From NCBI GenBank assembly GCA_963781585.1, contig CAWAGQ010000013.1:224001-288000 (forward strand): a stretch of 64,000 nucleotides of DNA, read 5' to 3'. This stretch comes from an uncultured Gemmatimonadaceae bacterium (lineage in GTDB: Bacteria > Gemmatimonadota > Gemmatimonadetes > Gemmatimonadales > Gemmatimonadaceae). The position numbers and the translations under genes are program-made. Below the pieces are notes generated by a model. The model was given only the letters and a program-made list of their open reading frames with translations, searched no databases and was not told the origin of the DNA. Below are positions 31,270 through 39,966 of this stretch, in pieces (the stretch's first letter is position 1; every line of letters starts with the position of its first letter).

Positions 31270-32478
31270 CTTCGGCCACACCACTCCCTGGTTCTTCGCC
31301 ACCATCCCCATGCCCTTGTAGACGAACTTCTGGACGCGTTTCCCCTCGTAGGTCTCGGTGGTGTAGATGTTGCCTTTCGAGTCGGTGGCGATGCTGTGCA
31401 CGGCGAACCACTGGCCCGGCTGGCGGCCCCCGTCCCCGAACATCGTGAGGATCTGGAGTGACTGGCGGTCGATGACGTAGATGTGCTCGTTCTTGCCGTC
31501 GGCGAGGAAGATGTACTTCTGCTGCGGATCGCGGGAAAAGGCGATGTCCCACACCGAGCCGTCACCCAGGGTGCGCGGCGCGATCTGCACTTCCTTCACG
31601 AACTCGCCGTTCTTGCGGAAGACCTGGATCCGGTCGTTAGGCCGGTCGCAGACGTAGAGCAACCCGTCGGTGGACGGCTGGGCGCAGTGCACCGGGTTGC
31701 GGAACTGCGGAATGAGCGGCGCGTCGGGATTGTAGGGCCCATAGTTGCTGTCGCTCGGCACGTTGCCATAGGCGCCCCAGAAGCGTTTCACCGCGCCGGT
31801 ATTCATGTCGATCACGGCCACGCGATGGTTGCCGTAGCCGTCGGCGATATACGCTTCCTGAGCGGGAACGTCGAAGGCAATCTTTGCGACGCGTCCAAAG
31901 TGTTCCGTGCTCTTGCTGTCCACCGGCTGGTGGGCCTTGCCGATCTCCATCAGGAACTTGCCATCATGCGTGAACTTGAGGATCTGTGAGTCGCCGGTGC
32001 CGGATGGACAGGTGGGGTCCGCGTTGTTGCCGGGGCAGGTGCCGTTGCCGCCGATCCAGACGTTGTCCTTGTCGTCGAGTGTGATGCCGTGGTTCGACTG
32101 CGGCCAGAAGTATCCCTGACCCGGCCCGCCCCACGCGTTGACGAGATTCCCCTCCGGGTCGAACTCCAGCACAGGAGGTGCGGCGGTACAACACGCGCTC
32201 GTCGGCGGCGACTCGCCGCTCCCACCCTCCGTGGAATCCACCACGGTGTCCTGGCGATGCACGATGAACACGTGGTCGTGAGAATCCACGCCCACGCCGA
32301 TGGCGTTGCCCAGCACCCAATGGTTAGGCAGCGGCTTGGGCCAGAGGGGGTCGACCTCGAAGCGCGGCGCCTGCACCATGCCCCCCTGCGAGGCCGAAAG
32401 AGCGCGCTGTCCAGCACCCAGCGCCACAATCGCCGCCACCAGCCCAGTGGCCAGCACGAGTTCTCGCCTTCGAGTCAT
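31267..32478 (-). CDS. Exported NHL-repeat beta-propeller, peptidyl-alpha-hydroxyglycine alpha-amidating lyase (PAL)-like
   Basis: FEVDPLWPKPLPNHW, NHGI, ADGYGNHR, PVHC, CDRPNDRIQVF, AVHSIATDSKGNIY; signal peptide. Confidence 0.82.
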   Translation of the reverse strand: MTRRRELVLATGLVAAIVALGAGQRALSASQGGMVQAPRFEVDPLWPKPLPNHWVLGNAIGVGVDSHDHVFIVHRQDTVVDSTEGGSGESPPTSACCTAAPPVLEFDPEGNLVNAWGGPGQGYFWPQSNHGITLDDKDNVWIGGNGTCPGNNADPTCPSGTGDSQILKFTHDGKFLMEIGKAHQPVDSKSTEHFGRVAKIAFDVPAQEAYIADGYGNHRVAVIDMNTGAVKRFWGAYGNVPSDSNYGPYNPDAPLIPQFRNPVHCAQPSTDGLLYVCDRPNDRIQVFRKNGEFVKEVQIAPRTLGDGSVWDIAFSRDPQQKYIFLADGKNEHIYVIDRQSLQILTMFGDGGRQPGQWFAVHSIATDSKGNIYTTETYEGKRVQKFVYKGMGMVAKNQGVVWPK

Positions 32479-32628
32479 GTCAGTAGCCGGTTGTCAGTAA
32501 TCAGCGGTCACCTGTAAGCCGTCGGCGATCAGCGCCACCGCCCGGTCCATTTCACCTGCCCGATCCTCCTCGATCCCCTTTTCCACCAGCTCTCAGCAGT
32601 CGGCAATCAAATCCAGGCGCGCTGCGCG

Positions 32629-33918
32629 TTACGGTCGTACGACTCCCTGATCTTTCGCCACCGCTCCCATCCCCTTGTACGAGAACTTCTGCACCCGCTT
32701 TCCCTCGAACGCTTCCACCGTGTACAGGTTGCCGTGCGAGTCGGTGGCGATGTTGTGTACCGCGAGGAACTCGCCCGGGTAGCGCCCGCCGTCGCCGAAG
32801 CTCGTGAGCAGGTCCAGCGTCTGCCGGTCCAGAACGTGGATCTTCATGTTCTGCCCATCGGCGACGTACAGGTAGCGCTGCTGCGGATCGCGCGAGAACG
32901 CGATATCCCATACCGATCCCGCACGCAGGGTCTGCGGCGCCACGGTCTGCTCCTTCACGAACGACCCGTCCTTGCGGAAGACCTGGATCCGGTCGTTCTC
33001 CGCGTCGCAGACGTAGACCAGCCCGTCGTTCGAGAGTGCCGCGCATCGCACCCCCGCGAACTGCTTCGCCGGCGCGGCGCCCGGGGCGTATGGCGCAAGC
33101 CGGGCATCGTCGGGCGGACTGCCGTAGGCTCCCCAGAATCGCTTGATCGTTCCGGCATTCATGTCGACGACGGCGACGCGCCGATTGCGCGCGCCATCAG
33201 CCACGAACGCTTCGTTCGCCCCGGCATCGAACGACGAAACTTCCATTGGGCCGCCGAAGCTCTCACGACTCCTGCTGTCGGGCGGGATCACCGGCGCCGG
33301 ACCGCGCCCTCCACGGCCGCCCCGACCTCCGCGGCCCCCGCCGCGCCCGCCCCGGCTCACCCCGGCGTACGCCGTGTCGGCCGGGGCGGGCGCGGCGGGG
33401 GCGGGCATCGCGCCCGCCTTCCCGATCTCGCGCACGAACTTGCCGTCATGGGTGAAGACGAGGATGCGCGTATCGACTCCGCCGCTGCCGCCGATCCACA
33501 CATTCCCCTTGTCGTCAATGCCGAGCCCTGATGGCGCAACCGGCCAGTCGTACCCCTGATCGGGTCCGCCCCAGTGTCCCACCAGGTTCCCCTCGGCGTC
33601 GAACTCGAGCACGCCGGGTGCCGGCACGCAACACTCGCCCGACGGTGGATTCGTGGCAGCACCCATCTCGGTGCGCGCGTTGAAGCTCGTGGTGACGTTG
33701 AGCACGAAGACGTGGTCCCTCGAGTCCACCGCCACGCCGGTGGCCGAACCGAGGATCCAGTGGTTAGGCATCGGCTTGGGCCAGAGCAGATCCACTGCGA
33801 ACTTCGGCCCCTGGACCGTCTGTCCGCGCGCCGGCGCCGCCGGCGCGACGGCGAGGGCCAGCGCGAGTGCCAGGGCCGAAAGGGCGCCGGCGGCCGTGCC
33901 ATTCCTGCTCTGCGTCAT
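32629..33918 (-). CDS. Exported NHL-repeat beta-propeller, paralogue of 31267-32478 with degenerate active-site motifs
   Basis: Colinear with its neighbour (WPKPMPNHW, DNVWIGG-like, GSVWDIAFSRDPQQ, EGKRVQKF); GGRGG insert; ATG at 33918. Confidence 0.82.
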   Translation of the reverse strand: MTQSRNGTAAGALSALALALALAVAPAAPARGQTVQGPKFAVDLLWPKPMPNHWILGSATGVAVDSRDHVFVLNVTTSFNARTEMGAATNPPSGECCVPAPGVLEFDAEGNLVGHWGGPDQGYDWPVAPSGLGIDDKGNVWIGGSGGVDTRILVFTHDGKFVREIGKAGAMPAPAAPAPADTAYAGVSRGGRGGGRGGRGGRGGRGPAPVIPPDSRSRESFGGPMEVSSFDAGANEAFVADGARNRRVAVVDMNAGTIKRFWGAYGSPPDDARLAPYAPGAAPAKQFAGVRCAALSNDGLVYVCDAENDRIQVFRKDGSFVKEQTVAPQTLRAGSVWDIAFSRDPQQRYLYVADGQNMKIHVLDRQTLDLLTSFGDGGRYPGEFLAVHNIATDSHGNLYTVEAFEGKRVQKFSYKGMGAVAKDQGVVRP

Positions 33919-34005
33919 CGGTCTCTCCTGGTTCCGGTTGCCGGCCCCCTGTGCGCCGTGGCACCGGGCTGTATACTCGTTACGCGATCGCCGTACCGCG
34001 GCGAC

Positions 34006-34152
34006 AATTGGGGTCAGACTCGATATTTGCAAAATGGGGGTCAGACTCGAATTCTCTGCAAAATGGGGTCAGACTCGAATTCCTTGGCGGCGTCGTTGAC
34101 AATCAGGGTCAGACTCGATTTTCCGCGCCCCGTCCGGCAATGCGGGTCTGAC
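34006..34152 (+). repeat. Four direct copies of GGGGTCAGACTCGA plus one partial inverted copy
   Basis: Copies at 34010, 34037, 34065 and 34105; GGGTCTGAC at 34144-34152; lies between divergent genes. Confidence 0.9.
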
Positions 34153-34285
34153 GGACTCACATGAGGCCCGGACTGTTATTGCGCTTCCAGGCGCCCCGCG
34201 AGCACGCAGCGAGCTCGCCGTGGCAGCGTCCTAACTTTGCGTCGCGTCTGGCATCCGTCCAGAGTTCGCAGCGAAGCCGGAGCGC

Positions 34286-35683
34286 ATGGTGACGCGGCCA
34301 TTGCGCGAGGGACGCGGACTCCCGCAGCGGATCGCGCCTGGTGGCGTCGCCGCGCTCGCCGTGGGGCTCCTGCTCGCGACACCTGCACCCACCTCGGCGC
34401 ATGACATCCCGGCGCGTGTTGCCATACTCGCGTTCGTGAAGCCCGAAGGACAGACCCTGCACCTGCTGGTGCGCGTCCCACTCGAGTCGATCCGCGACGT
34501 CGAATTCCCGCTGCGCGGGCCCGGATACCTGGACATCGACCGGGCGGGGCCCATGCTGCGCGACGCCGCCCAGCTCTGGATCGCGGACTACATCCAGCTG
34601 TACGAGGGCGACTCCCTGCTCGCGAGCGCTCGCCTCATCGGCACCCGCGTCTCCCTGCCGTCGGACCGGTCGTTCAGCACCTACGACGCTGCGCACGCGC
34701 ACCTCATCGCGCCGCCGCTCCCGCCCGGGACCGACCTGATGTGGAACCAGGCGATGCTCGACGTGGAGTTCGAGTATGCGATCGCCTCCCCCCAGGCGCG
34801 GTTTTCCATCCGCCCCGCGCTCGCCCACCTGGGCGTGCGCACGAGCACGGTTCTGCGCTTCCTGCCCCCCGGACGTGGGGAGCGCGATTTCGAATACCTG
34901 GGCGATCCGGGACTGGTCCGGCTCGACCCGGAGTGGTACCAGGCGGCGCGCCGGTTCATCTCGCTCGGATTCTTCCACATTCTGGACGGGATCGACCACC
35001 TCCTGTTCATCTTCTGTCTCGTCATTCCCTTCCGGCGGATCCGTCCGCTCATCGCCGTGGTCACGTCGTTCACTGCCGCGCATTCCATCACCCTCTTTGC
35101 ATCGGCGCTCGGATTTGCGCCCACCGCGCTCTGGTTTCCTGCGCTCATCGAGGCCCTCATCGCACTCTCCATCGTCTACATGGCGCTGGAGAACATCGTC
35201 GGGCCCAGGCTCCAGCGCCGGTGGATCGTCGCCTTCGGATTCGGGCTGGTGCACGGATTCGGATTCTCCTTCATTCTCCGCGAGTCGATGCAGTTCGCCG
35301 GCTCGCACCTGGCGGCGTCGCTCGTGGCCTTCAACGTGGGCGTGGAGCTCGGCCAGGTCTTCGTGCTGGCACTGGCCATCCCCGTGCTGAACGCGCTCTT
35401 CCGCTTCGTGGTCGCCGAGCGGATGGGGACGATCCTGCTTTCGGCCCTGGTGGCCCACACCGCCTGGCACTGGATGCTCGGCCGGATCGCGATCCTGAAG
35501 CAGTACGAGTTCCAATGGCCGGCGTTCGATCTGGCACTCGTCGCGGACGTCGTGCGCGTACTGATGGCCGTACTGATCCTCAGCGGTGTGCTGCGGGTGC
35601 TGTACCTGCTCTACGGGCGGCTGCTGCGCCCGGCGCGGGAGACCGAACCCGGAGCCGCCGGACAATCGCCGGCCGCTTCGTGA
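34286..35683 (+). CDS. HupE/UreJ-family membrane protein with N-terminal periplasmic domain
   Basis: Signal ending SAH-DIP; GFFHILDGIDHLLF, SFTAAHSITL, FGLVHGFGF, FNVGVELGQ. Confidence 0.88.
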   Translation: MVTRPLREGRGLPQRIAPGGVAALAVGLLLATPAPTSAHDIPARVAILAFVKPEGQTLHLLVRVPLESIRDVEFPLRGPGYLDIDRAGPMLRDAAQLWIADYIQLYEGDSLLASARLIGTRVSLPSDRSFSTYDAAHAHLIAPPLPPGTDLMWNQAMLDVEFEYAIASPQARFSIRPALAHLGVRTSTVLRFLPPGRGERDFEYLGDPGLVRLDPEWYQAARRFISLGFFHILDGIDHLLFIFCLVIPFRRIRPLIAVVTSFTAAHSITLFASALGFAPTALWFPALIEALIALSIVYMALENIVGPRLQRRWIVAFGFGLVHGFGFSFILRESMQFAGSHLAASLVAFNVGVELGQVFVLALAIPVLNALFRFVVAERMGTILLSALVAHTAWHWMLGRIAILKQYEFQWPAFDLALVADVVRVLMAVLILSGVLRVLYLLYGRLLRPARETEPGAAGQSPAAS

Positions 35684-35743
35684 TTGCGTTACCGAGTGCT
35701 ACTCTATACGCCTACCACTCTAGTAGGAACGACAGGCTGAACG

Positions 35744-36259
35744 ATGCGCTATTCGGGCTGGACGACACTGATGGGAACGTGCATGTTGGCCACCGTCGCG
35801 TGCTCCGGGCCGCCGCGGACAAGTGCCTCGCCGAGCGCGGGCGCACCGGCGAGCGCGGGTGCACCGACGACCGCGGCTGCGCCGACGAGCGCGGGTGCGC
35901 CCATGAGCGCGGGTGCGCCGACGAGGACGCGCACGACTCTTGGGGGCGTCTATACGGCGGCGCAGGCGGCCCGCGGTCAGGACACATATGAGGTTTTGTG
36001 CCGGGGGTGCCACACACCGGCGTCGCATACCGGGGCCACGTTCACGACCTGGTGGAGCGGACAACTGGTCTCGGATTTGTTCTCGTACATTGGTCAGAGC
36101 ATGCCCGACAACGACCCGGGAAGCCTTGCGCCGGAGGAAAGTGCCGATCTGGTGGCGTATCTGCTCAGTCTGAATGCGATGCCGCCCGGGACGATCGAGT
36201 TGCCCCCGGACTCCGCCGCGCTGAGCACGATCCGCATCCAGGCGGTGGCGAAACCGTGA
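35744..36259 (+). CDS. Monohaem cytochrome c lipoprotein
   Basis: ATVAC lipobox, GVYTAAQAARG, CRGCH haem motif, distal Met in QSMPDNDPGSL. Confidence 0.88.
   Translation: MRYSGWTTLMGTCMLATVACSGPPRTSASPSAGAPASAGAPTTAAAPTSAGAPMSAGAPTRTRTTLGGVYTAAQAARGQDTYEVLCRGCHTPASHTGATFTTWWSGQLVSDLFSYIGQSMPDNDPGSLAPEESADLVAYLLSLNAMPPGTIELPPDSAALSTIRIQAVAKP
35833..35922 (+). repeat. 18-bp in-frame tandem repeat x5 encoding an SAGAP(A/T/M) linker
   Basis: GAGCGCGGGTGCGCCGAC-like units read directly. Confidence 0.88.
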
Positions 36260-36345
36260 ACGCACAACGGCGGGCACCTGCATTCCGCCCATAACTCATT
36301 GTCGGCAGGCGTCGCGTGTCTACGCACAACAGAGGGAACGGAACA

Positions 36346-38652
36346 ATGTCGCAACGTCTCATCGCTCGGCGCACGATCGGCATGTCGCTCGTTGCCGGGG
36401 TAGCGTTCCTGGGCGTCTTCCTGGTTCGCGCGCAGCAGTCGAGTGCCGTGCAGGGATCGGGTGTGGTGCGCGGCAACAAGCCTGGCGAATGGCGCTACTG
36501 GGGTGCCGACGCATGGAGCACCAGGTACTCGGCTCTCGACCAGATCAACGCCTCGAACTTCAACTCCCTGAAGGTGGCCTGGCAGTGGACCCCGGGAGAG
36601 GGCGAGGACGAGTACTATCGCACTACCCCGCTCTACGCCAACGGCCGGCTGTTCACGGTGGCGACGAACCGGCGCATCGCGTTCGGCATCGATCCGGCGA
36701 CAGGCAAGACCCTCTGGAAGCGCGGCATCGACGAGGGCATTCGCTGGCAGAAGGCGCCGCGCCACTTCTCGGGCCGCGGCCTCGCGTACTGGACCGATGG
36801 CACCCAGGAGCGCGTGCTTGTCATCACGCCCGGATATCACCTGATGTCGATCGACGCAAGGACCGGCGAGTTCGATCCGAAGTTCGGCAAGAACGGCGTG
36901 GTCGATCTCGAGGAGGGGTTGGGATTCCAGCTCGTGCCGCTCGCCGTGGATGATACCGGAGAGTTGATCATCAGCGAGGGTGCGCCGCTGAGGAAAGCAA
37001 AGCCCGGGGAGAAGTGGGATCCCGTGACCAGGACCGGCGCCGATGGGTCGATCGGTCTTGATCCCGCACTGGGGCAGATCGCGTCGAGCTCACCGGGGAT
37101 CGTGGTGGGAGATGTCTTCGTCGTCGGCAACTCGGCGATGCACGGCTACTATCCCATTCGCCTCCACAACCTGCCGGGGTACATCCGCGGTTTCGACATC
37201 CGCACCGGCAAGCAGCTCTGGAAATTCAATCTCATCCCGCAACCGGGGGAATTTGGCGCCGACACGTGGGAGGCGGGATCGAAGATCGGTACGGATGGCG
37301 TGGGGAAGGTCGACGCGTGGGCGACGTATACCGCCGATCCGGAACTCGGTCTCGTGTACATCCCGACCGGGATGCCCCTGAGCGACGAGTACGGTGGTCA
37401 CCGCCCGGGCGCGAATCTGTTCGGCACCAGCGTCGTGGCGATCGACGTGAAGACCGGACTGCGCAAGTGGCACTTCCAGTTGGTGCACCACGACGTCTGG
37501 GACTACGACACGCCGATGGCGCCCAACCTGATGGACGTCACCATCAACGGGCAGGCCCGCAAGATCATCGCGGTGACCACCAAGCAGGGGTGGATCTACA
37601 CGTTCGACCGCGTCACCGGTCAGCCCATCTGGCCGATGCCCGAGACGGCGGTTCCGCAGAGTGAAGTCCCGGGTGAGAAGACCTGGGCCACCCAGCCGAT
37701 CCCGAGCCGCCCGGCGCCGTATTCACACCAGGGACTGCTCGAGTCAGACCTCATCGACTACACTCCGGCGATCAAGGATTCCGCGCTCAAGCTGGCCAGG
37801 CAATGCCGCATGGGACCGTACTACATTCCGCCGTCGCCGGCGAACGGGAAGGGTGAGAACGGGCCGAGCCAGTACCACTGTTCCTGGTACGCCCCCGGCG
37901 CGAGCGGTGGGGTGAACATCGATGGCGGCGCGGCCGCGGACCCGGAAACGGGGATGCTCTACGTGGGCGGTCAGAGCGGACTGGGAACGATCGAGGTGCA
38001 GCACGACCCGTGCTCGGAGCATCGGTACAGCCAGCCGCACGACAGCTGCGGCCAGATCGGCGCGCTGCCGGCCCCGCCGGGGTACACGCCGCCGGGTCCG
38101 GGTGGGGGAGAAGGCCGGGGCCGCGGCGGGTTCGGCCCCAGCGTGGCCACCTCGATCGCTGGCGTGTCGATCCTGAAGCCCGCCGAGCTGGGCGGCATCA
38201 CGGCCTACGACATGAACACCGGCGACAAGAAGTGGTGGGTGCCTAACGGGAATCAGTGGCGCGAGCAGTCGTCCAGCGATCCGCTTTTCGCCGGCGTGAC
38301 GCTGCCGCGGGTCCCGGTGTTCGGCGGTCAGGCCGAGGTGATCACGACCAAGACGCTGGTGATCCACGGTACGGGGCGGAACGGCCGGCCGGGTGGACGA
38401 GGGGCGCGGGGCGGCGCCGCGGGGGGCCGTGCCGACGGACCGGGAACGCAGCTCTACGCGTTCGACAAGGCGACGGGGAAGGAAGTGGGGGCAGTGGCGA
38501 TCCCGGCGGTGAACACGGCTGTGCCGATGACGTTCATGCACCAGGGCAGGCAGTACATCGTGTTCGCCACCGGTCAGGGTCAGAGCACGGGACTGACGGC
38601 GCTGGCGCTGCCAGGTGGAGGGCAGGGGGGAGGGTCGAAGACGCCGAGGTAG
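36346..38652 (+). CDS. Exported PQQ-dependent dehydrogenase (glucose/quinate dehydrogenase-like)
   Basis: RYSALDQINASNF, LKVAW, GRGLAYW, PGYIRGFDIRTGK, WHFQLVHHDVWDYD, VPMTFMHQGRQYIV. Confidence 0.9.
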   Translation: MSQRLIARRTIGMSLVAGVAFLGVFLVRAQQSSAVQGSGVVRGNKPGEWRYWGADAWSTRYSALDQINASNFNSLKVAWQWTPGEGEDEYYRTTPLYANGRLFTVATNRRIAFGIDPATGKTLWKRGIDEGIRWQKAPRHFSGRGLAYWTDGTQERVLVITPGYHLMSIDARTGEFDPKFGKNGVVDLEEGLGFQLVPLAVDDTGELIISEGAPLRKAKPGEKWDPVTRTGADGSIGLDPALGQIASSSPGIVVGDVFVVGNSAMHGYYPIRLHNLPGYIRGFDIRTGKQLWKFNLIPQPGEFGADTWEAGSKIGTDGVGKVDAWATYTADPELGLVYIPTGMPLSDEYGGHRPGANLFGTSVVAIDVKTGLRKWHFQLVHHDVWDYDTPMAPNLMDVTINGQARKIIAVTTKQGWIYTFDRVTGQPIWPMPETAVPQSEVPGEKTWATQPIPSRPAPYSHQGLLESDLIDYTPAIKDSALKLARQCRMGPYYIPPSPANGKGENGPSQYHCSWYAPGASGGVNIDGGAAADPETGMLYVGGQSGLGTIEVQHDPCSEHRYSQPHDSCGQIGALPAPPGYTPPGPGGGEGRGRGGFGPSVATSIAGVSILKPAELGGITAYDMNTGDKKWWVPNGNQWREQSSSDPLFAGVTLPRVPVFGGQAEVITTKTLVIHGTGRNGRPGGRGARGGAAGGRADGPGTQLYAFDKATGKEVGAVAIPAVNTAVPMTFMHQGRQYIVFATGQGQSTGLTALALPGGGQGGGSKTPR

Positions 38653-38659
38653 GCAGCGG

Positions 38660-38698
38660 TCAGCTATCAGCGGTTCAGCGCTGGCCGCTGATAGCTGA
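38660..38698. terminator. Hairpin built from heptamer repeats between convergent genes
   Basis: 14-bp perfect stem TCAGCTATCAGCGG / CCGCTGATAGCTGA; no U-tract. Confidence 0.55.
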
Positions 38699-38701
38699 AG
38701 G

Positions 38702-39883
38702 TCATCCCTTCGATGCCGCCGCCTTCCCGGTGAAGATCTCCTTGAACGCCACCATGAAGCGGTCCATCTCGTCGGGGGTGCCGATCGAGACCCGGAGGTG
38801 TTCGTTCATCGGCGGGAAGGGCCGGCCCACCAGCACGCCCCGCTTGCGGAATTCCTCGGAGACCGGCGGAATCGGGCGCTTGATGTGCACCATGAAGAAA
38901 TTGGTCTCCGACGGAATCGTCGCATAGCCTAACGAATTCAGTCCGGCGGTGGTCTTCTTGCGCAGGTCGAGGGTGATCGCCTTCACCTTCGCCTGGTTCT
39001 CGGTGTCCTTGAGCGCAGCCACGCCGCCCCACTTGACCAGGGCATTGATCGTGCCGGTGCTGTAGGGGCGCATCTGCTGGATCAGATCCCTGGGGGCCAC
39101 GCAGTACCCGAGGCGCATCCCGGCCAGGGCCGCGATCTTGGAAAACGTGCGGGTGACGATCACCGGCCGCCCTTCCGTCACGTAGGGCACCGACGTCGCG
39201 TACTGTGGATCGTCCACGAAGTGGTGGTAGGCCTCGTCGATCAGCACCGGCATGTCTTCGGGGATGCCGTCGAGGAGCTGGCGGACTTCCTGCTTCGTGA
39301 CCACGCGCCCGGTGGGATTGTTCGGATTGCAGAGGTAGACGAAACCGACATCCCGATACCGCTTCTTCGTCGCGTTGATGAGCGCCGGGATGTCCTGGCG
39401 GTAGTCGTCGAGCAGCGGCAACTCGATCGCGGCCGCGCGGATGCTGGTCGCGTGCTGGTACACCTGCGTGTACGAGGGCTCCACCCCGACCACCTTCTTC
39501 CCGCCTTCCAGGAACGTGGTGCCGACCACGTCCAGGATCTCGCCCGAGCCCGCGCCCAGCATGATGTTCTCGGTCTTCACGCCGTGGTACTTGGCGATTT
39601 CGTCGGTGATGCCACCGTCCGGGTAGCCGTAGCGATTGGCGTACTTGAAGGCCTTGGTCATGGCCTCCATGACGGCGTCGGACGGGCCGTACGGATTCTC
39701 GTTGAACGAGAGCTTCGCCAGCTTGTCGTAGTCGTCAGGCGTGGTCCGTGCCCGCTGGCCTCCCTGGCGGGCCGCCGTGCCCTGCGCCCACAGGTCCACG
39801 CTCGGCTTCACGGTCAGGTAGCCGACCGCGGTCGCGATTCCTCCGACGAAGCTGCGGCGGGTTACTTCGTGCTTGGCGGACAT
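38702..39883 (-). CDS. Tat-exported class I/II PLP aminotransferase (HisC-like)
   Basis: Tat motif VTRRSFVGG; LSFNENPYGPS, LCNPNNPTG, LIDEAY, RTFSKIAALAGMRLGY, LRVSIG. Confidence 0.9.
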   Translation of the reverse strand: MSAKHEVTRRSFVGGIATAVGYLTVKPSVDLWAQGTAARQGGQRARTTPDDYDKLAKLSFNENPYGPSDAVMEAMTKAFKYANRYGYPDGGITDEIAKYHGVKTENIMLGAGSGEILDVVGTTFLEGGKKVVGVEPSYTQVYQHATSIRAAAIELPLLDDYRQDIPALINATKKRYRDVGFVYLCNPNNPTGRVVTKQEVRQLLDGIPEDMPVLIDEAYHHFVDDPQYATSVPYVTEGRPVIVTRTFSKIAALAGMRLGYCVAPRDLIQQMRPYSTGTINALVKWGGVAALKDTENQAKVKAITLDLRKKTTAGLNSLGYATIPSETNFFMVHIKRPIPPVSEEFRKRGVLVGRPFPPMNEHLRVSIGTPDEMDRFMVAFKEIFTGKAAASKG

Positions 39884-39966
39884 GGCACCCTCCGGTTGTC
39901 CTTCCCCGATGGACCTGCTGGCACCCCTCAACTAACGCTGCGGCGGCGAAGCCGTCCAGAGATTCG

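Noticed and set aside
34006..34152. Possible mini-CRISPR array
   Set aside because: The repeat core is about 14 bp, the spacers are about 13-26 bp and resemble each other, there are no cas genes, and the same motif occurs elsewhere as an inverted pair.
37480..37515. WDYD in the PQQ enzyme as a lanthanide-binding signature
   Set aside because: HHDxWDYD is standard in glucose/quinate-type PQQ dehydrogenases, and the protein does not resemble XoxF/ExaF.
38702..39883. Assigning the gene symbol hisC
   Set aside because: A Tat signal and the absence of other his genes argue against the biosynthetic enzyme.
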